In this document: positions 12,889 through 27,037 of the stretch, one piece after another
Position numbering within the stretch: position 1 is the first letter of the stretch
How the letters are laid out: each line of letters opens with the position of its first letter
NCBI GenBank assembly: GCA_965202585.1
Contig: OZ241831.1
Span: 45,446,001 to 45,510,000 of the forward strand
DNA length: 64,000 bases
Direction: 5' to 3'
From: Thalia democratica
Taxonomy: Eukaryota
Program-made: the position numbers and the translations under genes
Notes under the pieces: model-generated
What the model saw: only the letters and a program-made list of their open reading frames with translations
What the model was told of the DNA's origin: nothing
The model's database searches: none

Positions 12889-15800
12889 TTAGAGGAAAAA
12901 TATATAAACAATTTTATTACAATTGACAATGAAACAACTGAAGAATACTCTGAAAGTGTTTTAGAGGAAATTGAAACGGCAAACAGTGAGGTTGATTCCA
13001 CAAACATGCTGAGAACTTCAAAGGACCATCTTGAAACTGAAGAAGAATATTTTTCATAGCAAGAAGAAGAGTTTGAGTTCGAGGGTTTTTAACCAATGTT
13101 AATGAAGACCATCAGTTTTAACGCGCAGTTGTGTTCTTCCAAAGCTGTAACTGGTGCTGGTGTGCATTTCGAAGAATAGAAGGCAACGTGCGAAAAAAAT
13201 TCAATGCTTGCGTGCAAAGCAAGTTTTACAGAAGAAAAACTTAAACTAAAAAAAAACTTCAAATGAAAATTAGTGATATCTTTACTAATAAAACCATTTG
13301 ATATTTGTGTTAAGTGTAAGCTGTATATTTATTAAGTATCATTGCTACTTTTTGCTAGGAAGTTTCATTAGATTTCTTTTTTAGATATTTATTCATATAC
13401 AGGGCAAGAGTGCTGTATTATTTATTTGTGTTTTAAACTCTCATTGTTTCATTATACTTTCATTATTTAACAAAGTTATAATTCTTTCAGAATTTTTATT
13501 TAATCTCTTACTGTTAACAAAATTTCCGATTTAATGAGGTATTACTAAATGTTTATCAATTAGTCGAGGAACACAAGTTTACAAAGTCTAAAGATATAGA
13601 GAGGTGAGTTAGCATTTAAAACATATTTTAAATTAAAAACATACAATAAACCTAATTTGTGCAATATTGAAAAGAATTAAAATTTTTATTTTTCAAAATT
13701 TTAGAATTCTAAAATGCGTAACTAAACGAGAATGCGTAACGTAATTAAATAATTTTTCACTGTCTTAACTTTGTCATTTAAAGAGCTTTTATGTCTCCAA
13801 AAATACATATACCCTTATAACTATTTATGTTTTCTATAAAAAAATCTGAAAATTTATACTAAATCCCTGAAAAGGTTTTCCAGGATGTCTATAAATTAGC
13901 CTTACTAGATGTTTTTACTGCTATTACTATTTGTTCCTACAGATATTTCTAGCTATAGTGATTCATATTCTCTTCAAGTAAATTTAAGATCTTGTTTTGT
14001 TGTATATAAAATTGATTTTTTTAATAAATAAGCACACCGCAAGATCTGGTTTCATAGTTGGCAAAATGTAGATTGTAATTTTCCAGTGATAGCAAATCTA
14101 TGTTGCTGTTTGTATTAAGTTTTGTTTCACAGAGAAGCTATGATATCTGTGCACGAAATATGCTCGAAATAGATTACAGTGCACACTAGTGTGTAGAAAA
14201 TTTATAAATTCACGTAAGTTTTTTGTCGCACTAAATTCATTTTGATGTTATACAGACTTTCTCGATTTTATGATAAAAGGCAAGAAGTAAAAAAAAGACG
14301 TAATTTTAAGAAGTTTGGAGTTTTGGGTGCACACAGCTTTTTATTTCTAGCTTGGTGTGCACAAAATTTAATTACAGTGAAGACCACTGTTACAAACAAT
14401 AAAAACTTGACTCACTTTATTATTTTTCTTTTAGTATGTTGAAATAAATGTATTTAACCATGCAATGATACAACTTCTTTATGCTAAAATATCCGCTAAA
14501 TAATAAGTTTGCATTGTATAATAAAAAAATTAGTTTTATTACATATTTATTGAGAGGACGGTTTAGGCTGATATGTAAGCACTTTTAATGTATAGCCTGT
14601 TTTGCATTTTAAACTACAATATTGGAATGAATTCGAGATTATTTTTTCCTAAGCTCTTTTCAACTAAAAAGCTAAAATACTGTTAGTTTTGAAAAAAGTA
14701 AGTAACTAATTAAAAACTTCTCTGGAAAATATTTTACTAAATAGTGTTTTTTAACCTATAGTCTTTCACAGTATCTTGAAATTTAACTTTGTATTAATTG
14801 TACTACTTTTTCTTCTATTCATACTTTATTAACATACCGGTTTAAATTTATTTAAATTAATTACTATCTATTATTAAACATATCCAATCAATTAACAAAA
14901 CAATTAAAAAAACTTTTTTCTCCACTATAATCATAATTATAAAACTAATTAGTTGCGTTAAAACCATTTCCGCAAATAAGGAATAAAAGTAAAAAAAATA
15001 TTTAAATGTTGCATCAAATTTTGTTATACATAACGTTTTATTGTATTCAAAAAACTATTTTATATATATATATATGTATATAAATTACATCTACTCAAGA
15101 GTACCAGTCAGTGTGTATTGTATAGTTGAAAAGAAAAGTGTAACAAGTTAAAACTATAAGGTACTGAAACAGTCAAAAAATAAATTTTTGAACGATAAAC
15201 AAAAAAAAATATTTACTTTACAAAGATAAATCATAAATATGGTTTGTCATGTTAAAAGTTTAACAACTTTATTGTTTACAAACTATAAAGCATTTTCTAT
15301 AACTGAAAACATTCTCATTAAATAAGGTTAACTACAAATACTTAGTACAGAATTAGGAGATTTTTTATAAAGTAAATATTGTATAAGGAAGAGAGTAATT
15401 CTGTTGTTAAAGTTGTTTAATTTAAAAAGTATTTAGTTGTTGTATACTGTTTTACTTCTTAACATTTATTCTAAAACAAATAAGAAGAGTATAACTTAAA
15501 AAAATTACAAAAATGTAAATTTTATAACACTTGCGCCCTTTAGCATAGATTTAAAAATTTGAAAATTAAATTACTCTTAATACTATTTGTTTCTAATTAA
15601 TTGTTAACGCTTGAGTATTATGTAGCTGCTTGCAGACAGAAATCTGGCAACCATGTCCTTTATTAAATAAAAAATGCATGTTTTGATACGTTAATAAATT
15701 CAGACCTCAGAAAAAGTAGTACAACATACTTAATAAACAGTTTAATCTATTTTAAAGATCTTTAAAGATTTTCAATAACTTTTTCATTGAATTCATTTGC

Positions 15801-16416
15801 TTTTGATGACCGAGAGGTCTTTTCGCGTATCTAGGTCCTTGAACCACAAAAAATTTGAGCAACATTTCGTTTTTGTTCAATAAACTACTATTTAATGTTC
15901 TATTTTAGCCAATGTAAATAATTTTTTTAGTAATGAATGACATAAGAGGTTTTGTTTCAAAATATTTTGACTCTAACTAACGTTTCAATTTATTTTTGCA
16001 ACGAAATCAATTAACATTTAAACTTTGTAATGTTTAAACAGAAAGGTTTTAGATAACTTGTTTTATGATCGTACAATATTAAATACTAGTTATATAAACT
16101 TTAGGAAACATTTTTTACAACTGAATGTCTACAAAATTTTAATAGAAAAAATCCTGTGAAAAGTAATAATACAGAGAATGTCTAACACTAACTAAATACT
16201 AAAGTGTTAGAAATGTAATCCATTATAAAATTGCATAAATAGATTACAAGAACTTTAGCTGCAAGTTATTTGGTCAACACTTTGATACGTTTCCAATCAT
16301 GTTTCTTACTTAATACATAAATGTTGTAAATGTTTGCTTAATAAATAAAGCTAAGTCTTGTGTGTTTTTTAGTTTATTGTTTAAGAAAGAAAGTTCAATA
16401 ATAGTTACTCCTGTAT

Positions 16417-18111
16417 CAGGGGCGTGTTTTGACTGGTTTCCTGTTTCCTGTGAACCCCCTGAAAAAAAAAGAAAATTAAAGAGAAAAAGAGATTCTTAGA
16501 ATATCACTAAAAACGTTGTTTATTGACTTTGTTTTGGTTATTTAATAAATTTTGAATAATGAATGATGAATTTAAAACACTGAAATATTAAAAAGTTTCC
16601 TTTACAAATAATGCTTGTTTTTGCCCAGCTGAAGTAGATTTTAAATAAAAATTTAATCGTAACGTAGACGTTTTAAAGTAGCTTTTTTTTCTAGAAAACT
16701 TTTTACTAAAATGCTCTTAGTTTCCTTTAAAAATTGCTACTTAGTGTAAATCACTTTTTATTAAGAATTGTTTTTAAGCTAGTAAGTACAATTTTACTTT
16801 AGAAGTGTCAAATATAATCACTAAAGTTTTATTTTACTTAGTTTATTGTATATAATAATGCTGTGTAAAGCTTTTGTGTTATGTTGTGTTTGTACTTATA
16901 CATTTATATTATTTGTTAATGTGTCAACCAATTGGGTTTAAACCTTGAAAAGTTCAATTCAGATAGTTTTCAAAATCATCTGTAGACAACTACACTACAT
17001 AGCAATTTATTCTTATATCATTTAATGGTATTTTAATATTTTTTTTTGTATATCTGTTAGCCACAAAGTTGATTCTTGATTTTTTGAAATTTTCAACTCA
17101 AGAGATTTCAAAACCATGATTAGAATCCCTGCAACATCAGGCAAACATTTAAATAAAACTAGATATTTTAATTTAATTGTATAAGTCTAAACATTTTTTT
17201 AGTGAAATTTATTTTCTATAGATTAATTTACTTGAATAAAAGATTAATATAAATAGATATATAAATGTAAAGAATTTAAAATTAAAAAGAAAAATTTGTA
17301 AGAACTCCATCTATACTAACATTTAAATCAAAATTAAATATCTTCTTAAATTTTATTTAAATGTTATGAACTTAAAAATTGTATATCAATATACAAATCT
17401 GTTATTTAAAACAAAAGTATTACAGTCATAATTAACTTATTCTATAAAAAATCAACTTTTTTATCAGGAAACAACATTATAAAATTATTAAAACTAGAAT
17501 AGATTTTTATAAAGATATTTTAACTTAATTCTATGAGTCTAAACATTTTTTTAGTGAAATTTAAATTTTAATAGATTAAATTACTTGAAAAAATTTTTTT
17601 TTATTATAAATAGATTTTAAAATGTAAGGAGTTTAAAATTTAAATAAAAAATTTTAAGAACTCCATCTATACTAAGATTTAATTAAAGATTGAAATTCTC
17701 TTTATTAAAATTTATTCAAGTTTTAATTACTTTAAAATACTGTTTACTGATAAAAAAGTTATTTTTTTATTAAGTAAGTTAATCATGTCTGTAATATTTT
17801 TGTTTTAAATAACAGATTTGAATTTTGATATACAATTTTTAAGTTGATTACTTTTTTCTGTTTTTTTTAATTTTAATTTATATAAATCTAATACAGTATA
17901 ATAAATAAAAAAATATAATATTTTGTATTACTACTTAAATGTTTTTTTATTTATGAGCAGAGAAAAAAAGAAATTTTAGACACAGAGTTTTTCGGCTAAA
18001 TATTGCGTACTTAACTAGCAGGGCATACCTAAGAAATGCGTACTTAAGCGGCTCATTAAGAAAAATAAAACATTGTTAACCCCCTTTGAAAAAAGTCTAG
18101 ACACGCCCCTG
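16417..18111. mobile_element. 1.7-kb non-autonomous hAT element with TIRs and 8-bp TSD; internal ~350-bp tandem duplication
   Basis: TIRs CAGGGGCGTGTTTTGACT / rc CAGGGGCGTGTCTAGACT. Flanks TCCTGTAT and TCCTATAT (7/8 match). Internal repeat at ~17150-17490 vs ~17500-17760. Confidence 0.85.
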
Positions 18112-19260
18112 TCCTATATACAACCTTTATTTAGAAAATTTTTAAAATATTTGTTGTTTAAAAAAGTAATTTTGCATGCATTATGTTGTTGCTAAGTTTT
18201 TTAGACTTAAAGTACATTAAAACCTTCGTACTTAGATTAATTATTCCTTTAAATTATTTATATAAGAACTTAGGTTTTCCTTTTATGCTAAATGTTTAGC
18301 TTTACTTCTCAGACTAGTTTTTGTTTAAATTAGTTTTGCATTTTTTAATTCTGTGCGTTTACTTATAGTTCAATATATATTTTGCTTTAATAGCAAGGTT
18401 TTTAAAAACCTGAAAAGCAGCTAAAACTTTATATCTAGGATTTTTTTTATTTGGTTAAAAATTACCAACAAAACCTGTTTGAGAAATTTTAGAAAAAAAA
18501 ACTTGAAAAACCTGGAATTTTAGAATAAACCATTAAAAAATCTTGAAAATTATGTTATTAAATAAAAAGTTAACATGTAAAATAAAAAACTTGTTTTAGA
18601 CATAAAAACTATCATATATAATGTTTTTTTGTGAAATTTAGATTTTGTTTTTGTAGAATACAAAATTTTTTATAGAAAGTAGCATGAGATTATTTTTTTA
18701 AACTTTTATACAATTATTAACAATGAATTTAACTTTACACTAAAAATAGACATCAAATTGTACTCTAAAAAACGTGGAAGAAATTCAAAACCTGAAAAAA
18801 AGTTTTAAACGCTATAAAAAAGTTTTAAGCATCTGTTGGAGACATCAAAAAAAAAACTTTTATATAACATTTTAACTTTTGTACTACTTTTACGTTTTAG
18901 ACTTATTTGGATTTTTAATAAGTCTAGTTTTTTTTATTCTTAAGGCTTAAATAAGAAGATTTCACGGCATAAATTACAAACAAATAGTTAATAATTAAAT
19001 AAAAACTCACAACCTTTATAATATTTTGTTCTACTTACTTCAGAACTTAATACAGTTAATGATTATTTTTACAAACATGTTTTTTTAACCTAAAGAAAAA
19101 GTAATCATAATAAACTATAAAAAAATTAAAAATGGGTAAAGTACATTAAACTGAAAAGTATAAATTTTGTAAAAATTAAACATGTTTGTAAGAGATAAAT
19201 TTTAATTAGTCTGACTTAAAAAACTTAGAGACTTCTTAGTTGTATTGTATATGTATTATT

Positions 19261-19659
19261 CAGGGTTGCCACTCATCTAAAAAAAAAATTCCAGGTTTTC
19301 AAATTTTCTTCCAGGTTTTTAAAAGTTAACATTTTTCGGTCTATTTTTAGTTTAATGCAATTTTAAGGTAAGAGACTGTGTTAAATAGTATAAAAACACT
19401 AAAACTACTTTAAATATAATTTTGAATAAAAAAAAAATTTTGATGATGACAATTTTTTTTATTTGTATGATAAATTTTATTAGTTAAATAGAAATTTTAC
19501 TACTGAGCATTTGAAAATTGCTAAAATACTAGGTTTTTTCAAGCTTCAGGTTTTCTAAGTAATTTTCAAAATTCCTCAAATTCCAGGTTTTTTGCCTAAA
19601 TTGTAATATTGCAGGATTTTCCGGGTTTCCCTGGGCTACCAGGTAAAGTGGCAACCCTG
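19261..19659. mobile_element. ~400-bp MITE with CAGGGTTGCCACT TIRs; multi-copy family in this window
   Basis: The left end is CAGGGTTGCCACT and the right end is AGTGGCAACCCTG, with ATT on both flanks. Related partial copies lie near 12290-12366, 18480-18840, 20400-20563, 20850-21142, 32568-32914, 33790-34081, 44104-44463 and 45340-45612. Superfamily not assigned. Confidence 0.75.
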
Positions 19660-21362
19660 ATTTTTTTTTCTGTTTTGATATAGTATTTATAATTTTTAAG
19701 GCTGCCACAAGTCGGGAAAAGTCAGGAAAAACTAAATGTATGACAAAAGTCAGGAAAATATTAGGGTTATTGAGAAGAAGTCGGAAAATTTCAAATGTCA
19801 AATATTGTTAGTTCAAATTTAAAAAATTCCTTATTTTCCAAAGCCTTTAAATGGTAAAAATCAATTAAAATCCTTTGTCAGACTAAAATTGTCAAATTTT
19901 CCTAGAAACTTACAAAATAACTTAAATTCCAATGCCTTCGTCTGGTATAAATCAATATAACATCCTTAATAGATTGCCAAAAATTTTCTTGACGTATTGA
20001 ACAACTACTCTACTTGAACAAGCATTTTTGGTATGCATTTTAGTAATGATTATCTGTAGCAAGGACATTTACATAGTGAAACTTGGATATATACACAAAA
20101 GTTTGTCTTGCAGAATTTTATAATCAAAGTGTTTTTTGTTTAAGTAAATAAATATAAGTATAAAATAAAGTTTTTTATAATTTAGCACTTATTATTACAT
20201 GTTTCAGATAAATAATTGTATCATATTGATATTATTATCTTCTAGGTTGTTTTACAGCTTTTATGCTAAGTCTGACTTTATTTTCTGATAGAGCTGTTTA
20301 TTGAAAAAAACATCAATCATACACTGATATTTCAACTGATGTAATGGAAGTTAGATGATTGAATTCAGCAAAAAAAAAACTGTTGTTTTAACGTGTATAA
20401 AAATAAGATTGATACTTTAGAATTTTAGATAGTTTGAAGTTATCGCTAATACATTTTTAAATAAGTTTAAATTGAGAAGTTGATTTTTAAAATTTAGGAA
20501 TTTTTTTATTTAAGTAAGGAAAAACTCTGGAATTTTTTTTCAGCTTGATCGTTGGCAACCTTGTGTTTTACTGAAAAAAAGTAAAAATCAAAGTTAGGTT
20601 GAAAAAATAATAAAGAAGTGTAACTTTGAAATTTGTGGTAAATTAAGTTTTAAAAAGTGTACTTTCATAAACGATTCGTCAGTTTAAATCTGTTATGGAT
20701 TTTCTTAAAGTTTTGTTGATTGAGTCTATTTTCTACCTATAACAAGATTACCCAAAAACATTTTTTATATTGGTGTCTTTTTAATTCAATCCTTATCCTC
20801 TACTGCAAATTGAAGAGTATGTATAACAAGGTAGCTAAAATAGCAATCTGCAAAAATCTGGATTTTAGACAAAAATCAATAAAAAACTAGAAATTTAAAC
20901 GTTTTTTATCAAATTTCAATTTGACACAGAAAATCTGTCATACAAATAAAAAATTTTTGTCGTCATCAAGTTTTTTAAAATACAAGTTATATTTAAAGTA
21001 TTTAATTTTTATATACTATCTAACAACAGTTTTTTATCTAAATTTTATTTTAAACTAAAAATAGACCCAAAATTGTGTACTTTCAAAAAGACGAAGGAAG
21101 TTTTACTCCCTGTAATAAGCTTTTCTACCCTTGGCAACCCTGTAATGAGTTTTTTACTGTTTAACACCAAACCTAAAGGCCTAAAGTTTCTAGTGTAGGT
21201 TATATTTTGCAGCCCTCATAATAATCGCCCTCAAGTATTTGCAATTACTTTTACTGCTCATCACAAACTCCAGGATATCTGGTGTAAGGTTTTTACTACT
21301 ATTTTTCTATTTGACTGACTTAATGTATATTGTCTTCTATAGTAAACATCGACCTACTAGAG

Positions 21363-21603
21363 CAGGGTTTCCCAAAGTCGACCTAGTGGCTCCCTTGGGG
21401 GCCATGACAGATACTCAGGGTGCTCGGAGCAGTAGGGGGACATGAGGTCGTAATTTGAAACTTACACTTATATTCTGGAGTTGCTGGTGAATAGTGAAAA
21501 TAGGCTTTAATGGTAGTTTTTTGAGTAGTTGTGTTGGAGGGGGGCCATAACTTTTTTAATATATTTAAAGAAGGCCATTAAAAAAAAAATTTAGGAAACC
21601 CTG
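21363..21603. mobile_element. 241-bp Buster-type hAT MITE
   Basis: TIRs CAGGGTTTCCCAA / rc CAGGGTTTCCTAA. Flanks TACTAGAG and TACTAGCA fit the nnnTAnnn target pattern. It lies ~175 bp upstream of the Kelch-1 ATG. Confidence 0.85.
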
Positions 21604-21779
21604 TACTAGCACGGAAGCTGATTGTCCAATAAAATAAAGCAATCTAAAAATTTTAAGACGGTTCTAAATAACTAAAATAAATAAAAAATAACAAGTTTAA
21701 TGTGTCTAAATACTGTGTTTTTAATATTTTTTTTAATGACTTCAGATTTCAGTTTAATATATAAAATAGTACAAATGCT

Positions 21780-23659
21780 ATGGATAAGTTCTATAAAAAC
21801 AAAAGTGAGAGAAAAAATGAAAAGTTTCCAGTAAAACTAAACGATTTACATGCAATTCGCACTAGCAAAAAGACTTTCTTCGATGTTTGTCAAAATAATG
21901 CTTCGAAAAGTATTGAAAATGATGATTTAATAACTTTCAACCAAATTGCCCAATCTGGTAATTCATTTTATATTTTAAGTCCTTTCGTAAAACTGAAAAA
22001 AAATAATTTAAAACTTGTAACTGCAAATATTTTTTTTTAAATTTATATTCATACACCTTATTGTTTGTTATAGTTCCTAATAAAAACTTTTCTTATATGA
22101 AATTAGACTATTTTTGAATGGTTAGTAAAAAATTGAAACTATTTTAAGTAGTTAACAAAGTACAACCAATAACTTTGAAATATTAATTTTTATTTTTAGG
22201 TAAACTCCCTGATGAAGTCTACAAGCTAGTTGTAATTTTGAAGTTATACAAAATTAAACTGAATAGAGATGTGGAAACAAAAATGTACAACTACATAAAG
22301 ACCTTTATATCTCCACAAAATGCTGCTACGTACTATAAGCTGTCTTTACTTTTCAGTTTAAATGATCTTTTTAAAAAAACAAATGCTTACATTCATTGTT
22401 GGTTCACAACAGTTGCTGAAACTAACAATTTCTTAGAGTTAGATATTGATTCAGTCAAGAAAGTTCTGTCAAGCTCTAACATAAACATATTTTCAGAAAT
22501 CGAAGTTTTTAATTTTGCAGATGCTTGGATAAAATACAAGCTTAGTGAAAGAAAAAAACATTTCTAAGATCTCTTAATGACTGTACGCCTATCTTTGTTG
22601 TCTAGACATGCTTTAAGGCATATTTTATACCGGGATTCATCGTTTAAAAATGACCAAGAATGCCAAGCTATAATACATGAAGCCATAAAAGTAAGTAAAA
22701 TAAATATGGAGAACAATGAATCAATAAATGTAAAGAATTGCACTAGATATTGCAGCGAAAACAGTCTTGATATTTTACACTGTGGCAAAGTTTTAAATTA
22801 TACAAGATTTATAAACAAAATTGATGGCAGAAATTTGTTAAGCAGTACAAAAGTTCAATGTTTTACAAGAATTCGTAACCCTATACGGAGTGGTCTACCA
22901 GCTGTTTACTTAAAAGGAAATGTTTACTTTTTAGGTTGTCTTTACAGCGGTTATGAGAGTTTTAATAAGATCGAAAAATATTCACTTGCTGCGGAGTGTT
23001 TTTCACTAGAAATTGTAGGAGACTTGTTCAAAGATCGTGGCTTCATCGATAAGATTTATTTCATCGGCGGTGAGTGGCGAAACTCGTGCGAGGCGAAACT
23101 GCGTGAGAGGCAAAACTGCGTGCGAGGCGTGCCACATGAAACAGCAATATGTAGGTATTTTGATACAACTAGCTGCACGTGGGGAGATGCAGCAAGCATG
23201 AAGGAGGCGAGATCAAGTGCGGCCTGCACTGCATTTGAAGGACGGGTTGTTGTTTGCGGAGGTTTTAACAACGGTGCATTAAGCACTGTTGAGTCGTACG
23301 ACCACGTAGCTGATGAATGGTCGCCCATGCCGAGCATGACTAAAGGAATACATTATCAATTTTTAGTAGCTGTAAAGAACAAGCTGTTTGCAATACAAGG
23401 ACACATTCCGAATTTAGAGGTTTACGATTCAACTTGCAAAAAATTTGTAAGTATTTTTATAAAAATTGATAAATATTCCCCACGTTCGAGCGTATGTGGA
23501 GCTGTATCTGTGGAAAACAAGGTTCTTGTGTTTTACAAAAATCTTTCAAAGTATTCGTTTTTCGACGTGGATAGGGAGGAATGGACAACTGAATCTTGTA
23601 TGGAGACAGCACACAGGGAAAACAAATTTACAGTAATTCCTAAGCTGAATTTGTATTAG
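21780..23659 (+). pseudogene. BACK-Kelch gene 1, join(21780..21957,22200..23659), with one in-frame TAA at 22565-22567; pseudogene, null allele or base error
   Basis: The phase-1 intron TCTG|GTAATT...TTTTAG|GT puts exon 1 in frame with ORFs 22238 and 22577, which share a frame. BACK motif FLELD..VKKVLSSS.I.I.SEIEVF..ADAW, then ERKKHF*DLLMTVRL. Kelch repeats (MKEARSSAAC, VVVCGG, VESYD..ADEW) follow. Confidence 0.85.
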
Positions 23660-25102
23660 TTTATTGTATAACATAATCATTAGTTTAGTAAACGAATTGT
23701 TACGACCAGTTTGAAATTAGTTTTAAATGGAACAATCGTTGTTAACTATTGATAAAAATTAGTTTCTTTTCTCTATCTCGTTACAATTTGAAACTTAGAA
23801 CTTCTTAGAGTTTATTTTAAGAAACAATGATTATATTTAAAATTATTAAGTTGTTGATGTGTAGGTCAAAATTCTTATTCTATTTTACATCACAATTTTG
23901 TTAGTGTATATCTAGTTTTAAAGTTTTTTTCTAGTATTATAGTTTTTTTCAACGCCTCTAAACAATGTAAGAGTTTTGTAGTAATGTTTGATAAAATACT
24001 ATTTTATTTAAACTTAGTTAAGGTTCTACCAAGTAACAGGTCAGATAAACTCTTTGAAAAATGTTTTTCAAAAAAAAAAAGATATATTTTAAATAAAACT
24101 TTTTTTATTATTTGTACATCATAATAAATTTTAGTTTTTTAATGTTTGATTAGAATATGCCACATTATTTATATGTTTAAAGTTATGAAAAAACTTTTTC
24201 AACATAATGAATGTGTAAATACTCAGTCGTATGTCAAAAACTGTCTAGCTTTAAAACTTAATCTTAGAAGTAAGTACTAATTCGTGCGGTATTTAAAAAT
24301 AACCTTAGTAGTACTAAAATTTTATGTACAGTGATTTCTATAAATAAAAAGTTAACATAAAGTAGTTGTAGATTCTTAAAAAATTTTTTTTTTTGCATAG
24401 TATATGTAAGGTAGTAACTTTTTAAAATTCAACGGTATAATGAAAAGTTGCCAAATGCTATTTAGCATTAAAACATCCTTTTTTTAAATTTCACTCTGCT
24501 TAAGTTAATATGCTTTTTCACAAGTTTAGTTTAGAGATTTCCTAAAATGGTCTTACATGGGGTTGACTGTTTAAAAAGTTTTAATGTACTGCTTAATTTT
24601 GATAAAATATACTGTAATTTATTTTTGCAGCACATTGAAAAATGAATTCATCTGTTAACCATTTATGATATGACAATTAAACATTACTAAACAAACCTTT
24701 TTGATTTAAGAAAATAAGTTTTTGTTGCTTGTTTCTAAAATATTTTATCAAGCAGCGTACTTAAAAATAATTAAACTATCGAAATAACAATAAAATAACT
24801 AATAAAAGTTAAAGTGCATCCTTGCTAATCCAATCACGTTTAAATTTTTTTCTATTTATGATCGCTGTAATAACATTTGGCCGCATAACTAACTAACGAA
24901 TAATTAGTCAAATATAGTCACTTCGAAAAATCAGAAAAGCTTGTTAATAAGTAACAACAAACTTTTTTATCTACGGGGTCTTAGATGTTGGGATGTAAAC
25001 GATTTGGATGCGTCAATTTTTTCGGACTTTACCCACAAGTGTTCGCTTCAGTGCATATGCACTTAAGTCTGCTTGGTTGAGATTACAACTGCAGTTTATC
25101 GC

Positions 25103-25155
25103 GACTATGCCTGCCTGATAAGTTCAAAAAAGGACGAAACCGGTCGTAGGTTGTC
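25103..25155 (+). ncRNA. Type I minimal hammerhead ribozyme motif (Penelope-type) with a G8-to-A core change, probably impaired
   Basis: Stem I GCCUGC/GUAGGU plus GAC/GUC, core CUGAUAA, stem II GUUC-AAAAAA-GGAC read as GUUC/GGAC, then GAAA and palindromic ACCGGU. Predicted cleavage GUC after 25145. Confidence 0.7.
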
Positions 25156-27037
25156 TTAGATGCTGTTATTGTTAGTCGTGCGGTGAAACTCATTATTTAT
25201 TATTTATGGAGCAAAATCTATAATTCAAACTAAAATTTCAAAATGTATTATAGATATTGCGTAACTTTAAACTAGTTGCATTAAATTAAGTACGTTTCTC
25301 AATGCCAAAAAAATAAAGTTAAAGCATGGAGAGTTTTAAGTCTAGGATAACTGAAAAATTAAGAAGGATAGTCGCTGAAATAAAAATAAAAAACACTCTG
25401 GTACAAAAAATAGAAAAAGTTTCTAAAACATGTTTAAATTATATAAAATCAAAAACAAAAATACTAAAAATAGAGTACATTAGAAACAAACAAATAGAGC
25501 ATCCTTGCTGAGAAAAAAAAAATCAAGACAGTATTTTATAGTAAGAATTATTCTTATGATTTAAAAATTTAGTTTTGGGAATTTCATAGAAGTATTTGCT
25601 TGTTTTGATGATTTACATTATTTTGTTTTAAAAATATATTTTAGTTGTTTTACTTTTTGTAATTCAGATGTAATATTCGACTTAAATTCAAAGGTGTTTT
25701 ATTTGTAACTTGTTTTATAATTCATCGTTATAGAGTTCATAGTTTATTTTTAGCTTTATTTTCTTTGTTATATACACATTGCATACAGTTGTGGACGTTC
25801 ATTAAAAGACTAAAAATAGTTCGGTAGTAAATAGTTCTGTAAAAAATATTTAAAGACTTATTTTATTTTTTTAAAATACATAAAAAACTGCAACAAAACA
25901 AATAAAAATATTGTAAGTAGAACATAGATTAGCGATATTCTAAAGTACATTAACATTTGAGATGTTTTAGGATTATGTATTAATCGAAGACTGTCTGAAA
26001 ATAAGCGAGTAGTTTAAAACTTTAATTATACACCAATTACCAATTTTTAAATGGTTTTACTTATGTTGCTTTAATTAAGGTATGTGCAATAAGTATATAA
26101 AATATTTAGTTTATAGTTAAACTAAATTGCTTTACTTTCAATGGTTTTTTTAGACTAACAAAACTATTTTTTAACTTAATTATGTTTTTGTTGATATATA
26201 GCTATAGTTATTTTTACATATACAAAATGTTTTATTAAATTAATTGAAGAGAAATTGAAGTCTTAAAACTTTTTTAGACTTAAATGACTATATAAATTTT
26301 AAAAATTTATTTAAGTTATAGAAATTTGTATATTAAAAAATGATGTCTCATAAGCTTCGTAGAACAGTTCAGCATCTTTTAAAGAGTAAATAAACTAATT
26401 AAAGCATGCGAAAAATAATTATGATTAAAACACAAAAATTTCCGTCGTAAACTTAGTTTTTGTTCTAAGTAAGCTTTAATAAAAAAGTTAAGAATATAAC
26501 AAAAAAACATTAAGTGAAAGTCTTATACTGACATTACAGTTGGTTTACAACAGAAAAAAAATATTGAAATTTTTATTAATTTTAATAAAAAATCAAAATT
26601 TATCTAAAATATTTGTATATATTATATGTTTTGTTTTTAATAAGCAAATAAAGATATCTCAACTACTAGAGGATATATAAAAAAAATATTTTTTCAATAA
26701 TTTATTTTACAAACTAATTTTCGGTCAAAGACCTCGTTAATGTTTAAATAATTCTAAAATATATGTGACAGTCATGGGAAAAAAAGCATTTAGCTAATTA
26801 AATTAAAATTAAAATACCAACAACAATAATAGTAAAAGCTGTATGTAGCTTTCTTTTTCTTCTTGTCAATTTTCAAAGTAAACATTGCTTAAGTAAAAAT
26901 GTAGTTAATAAGTGAGCTTAAAGTTGAGATGCATTTTAACGTAGCTTATTTTAATGGTGACGTAACCACTGAAAATTTAAACAATCCTGTACTTGTAATA
27001 GCTGTAAAATATGAAATCCCGCCCGAATGCGTTTTAT

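Noticed and set aside
19870-20380. Coding-like stretch after a repeat end
   Set aside because: Multiple stops in the frame I translated and no motif I can name.
22565-22567. Stop-codon reassignment (TAA read as an amino acid)
   Set aside because: Serpin 1 and the Ly6 exon end in TAA at the expected positions, and only one in-frame TAA occurs, at a Lys position.
25326-25511. 61-aa Lys/Ile-rich ORF downstream of the hammerhead
   Set aside because: No recognisable motif or splice partner; composition is as expected from A-rich DNA.
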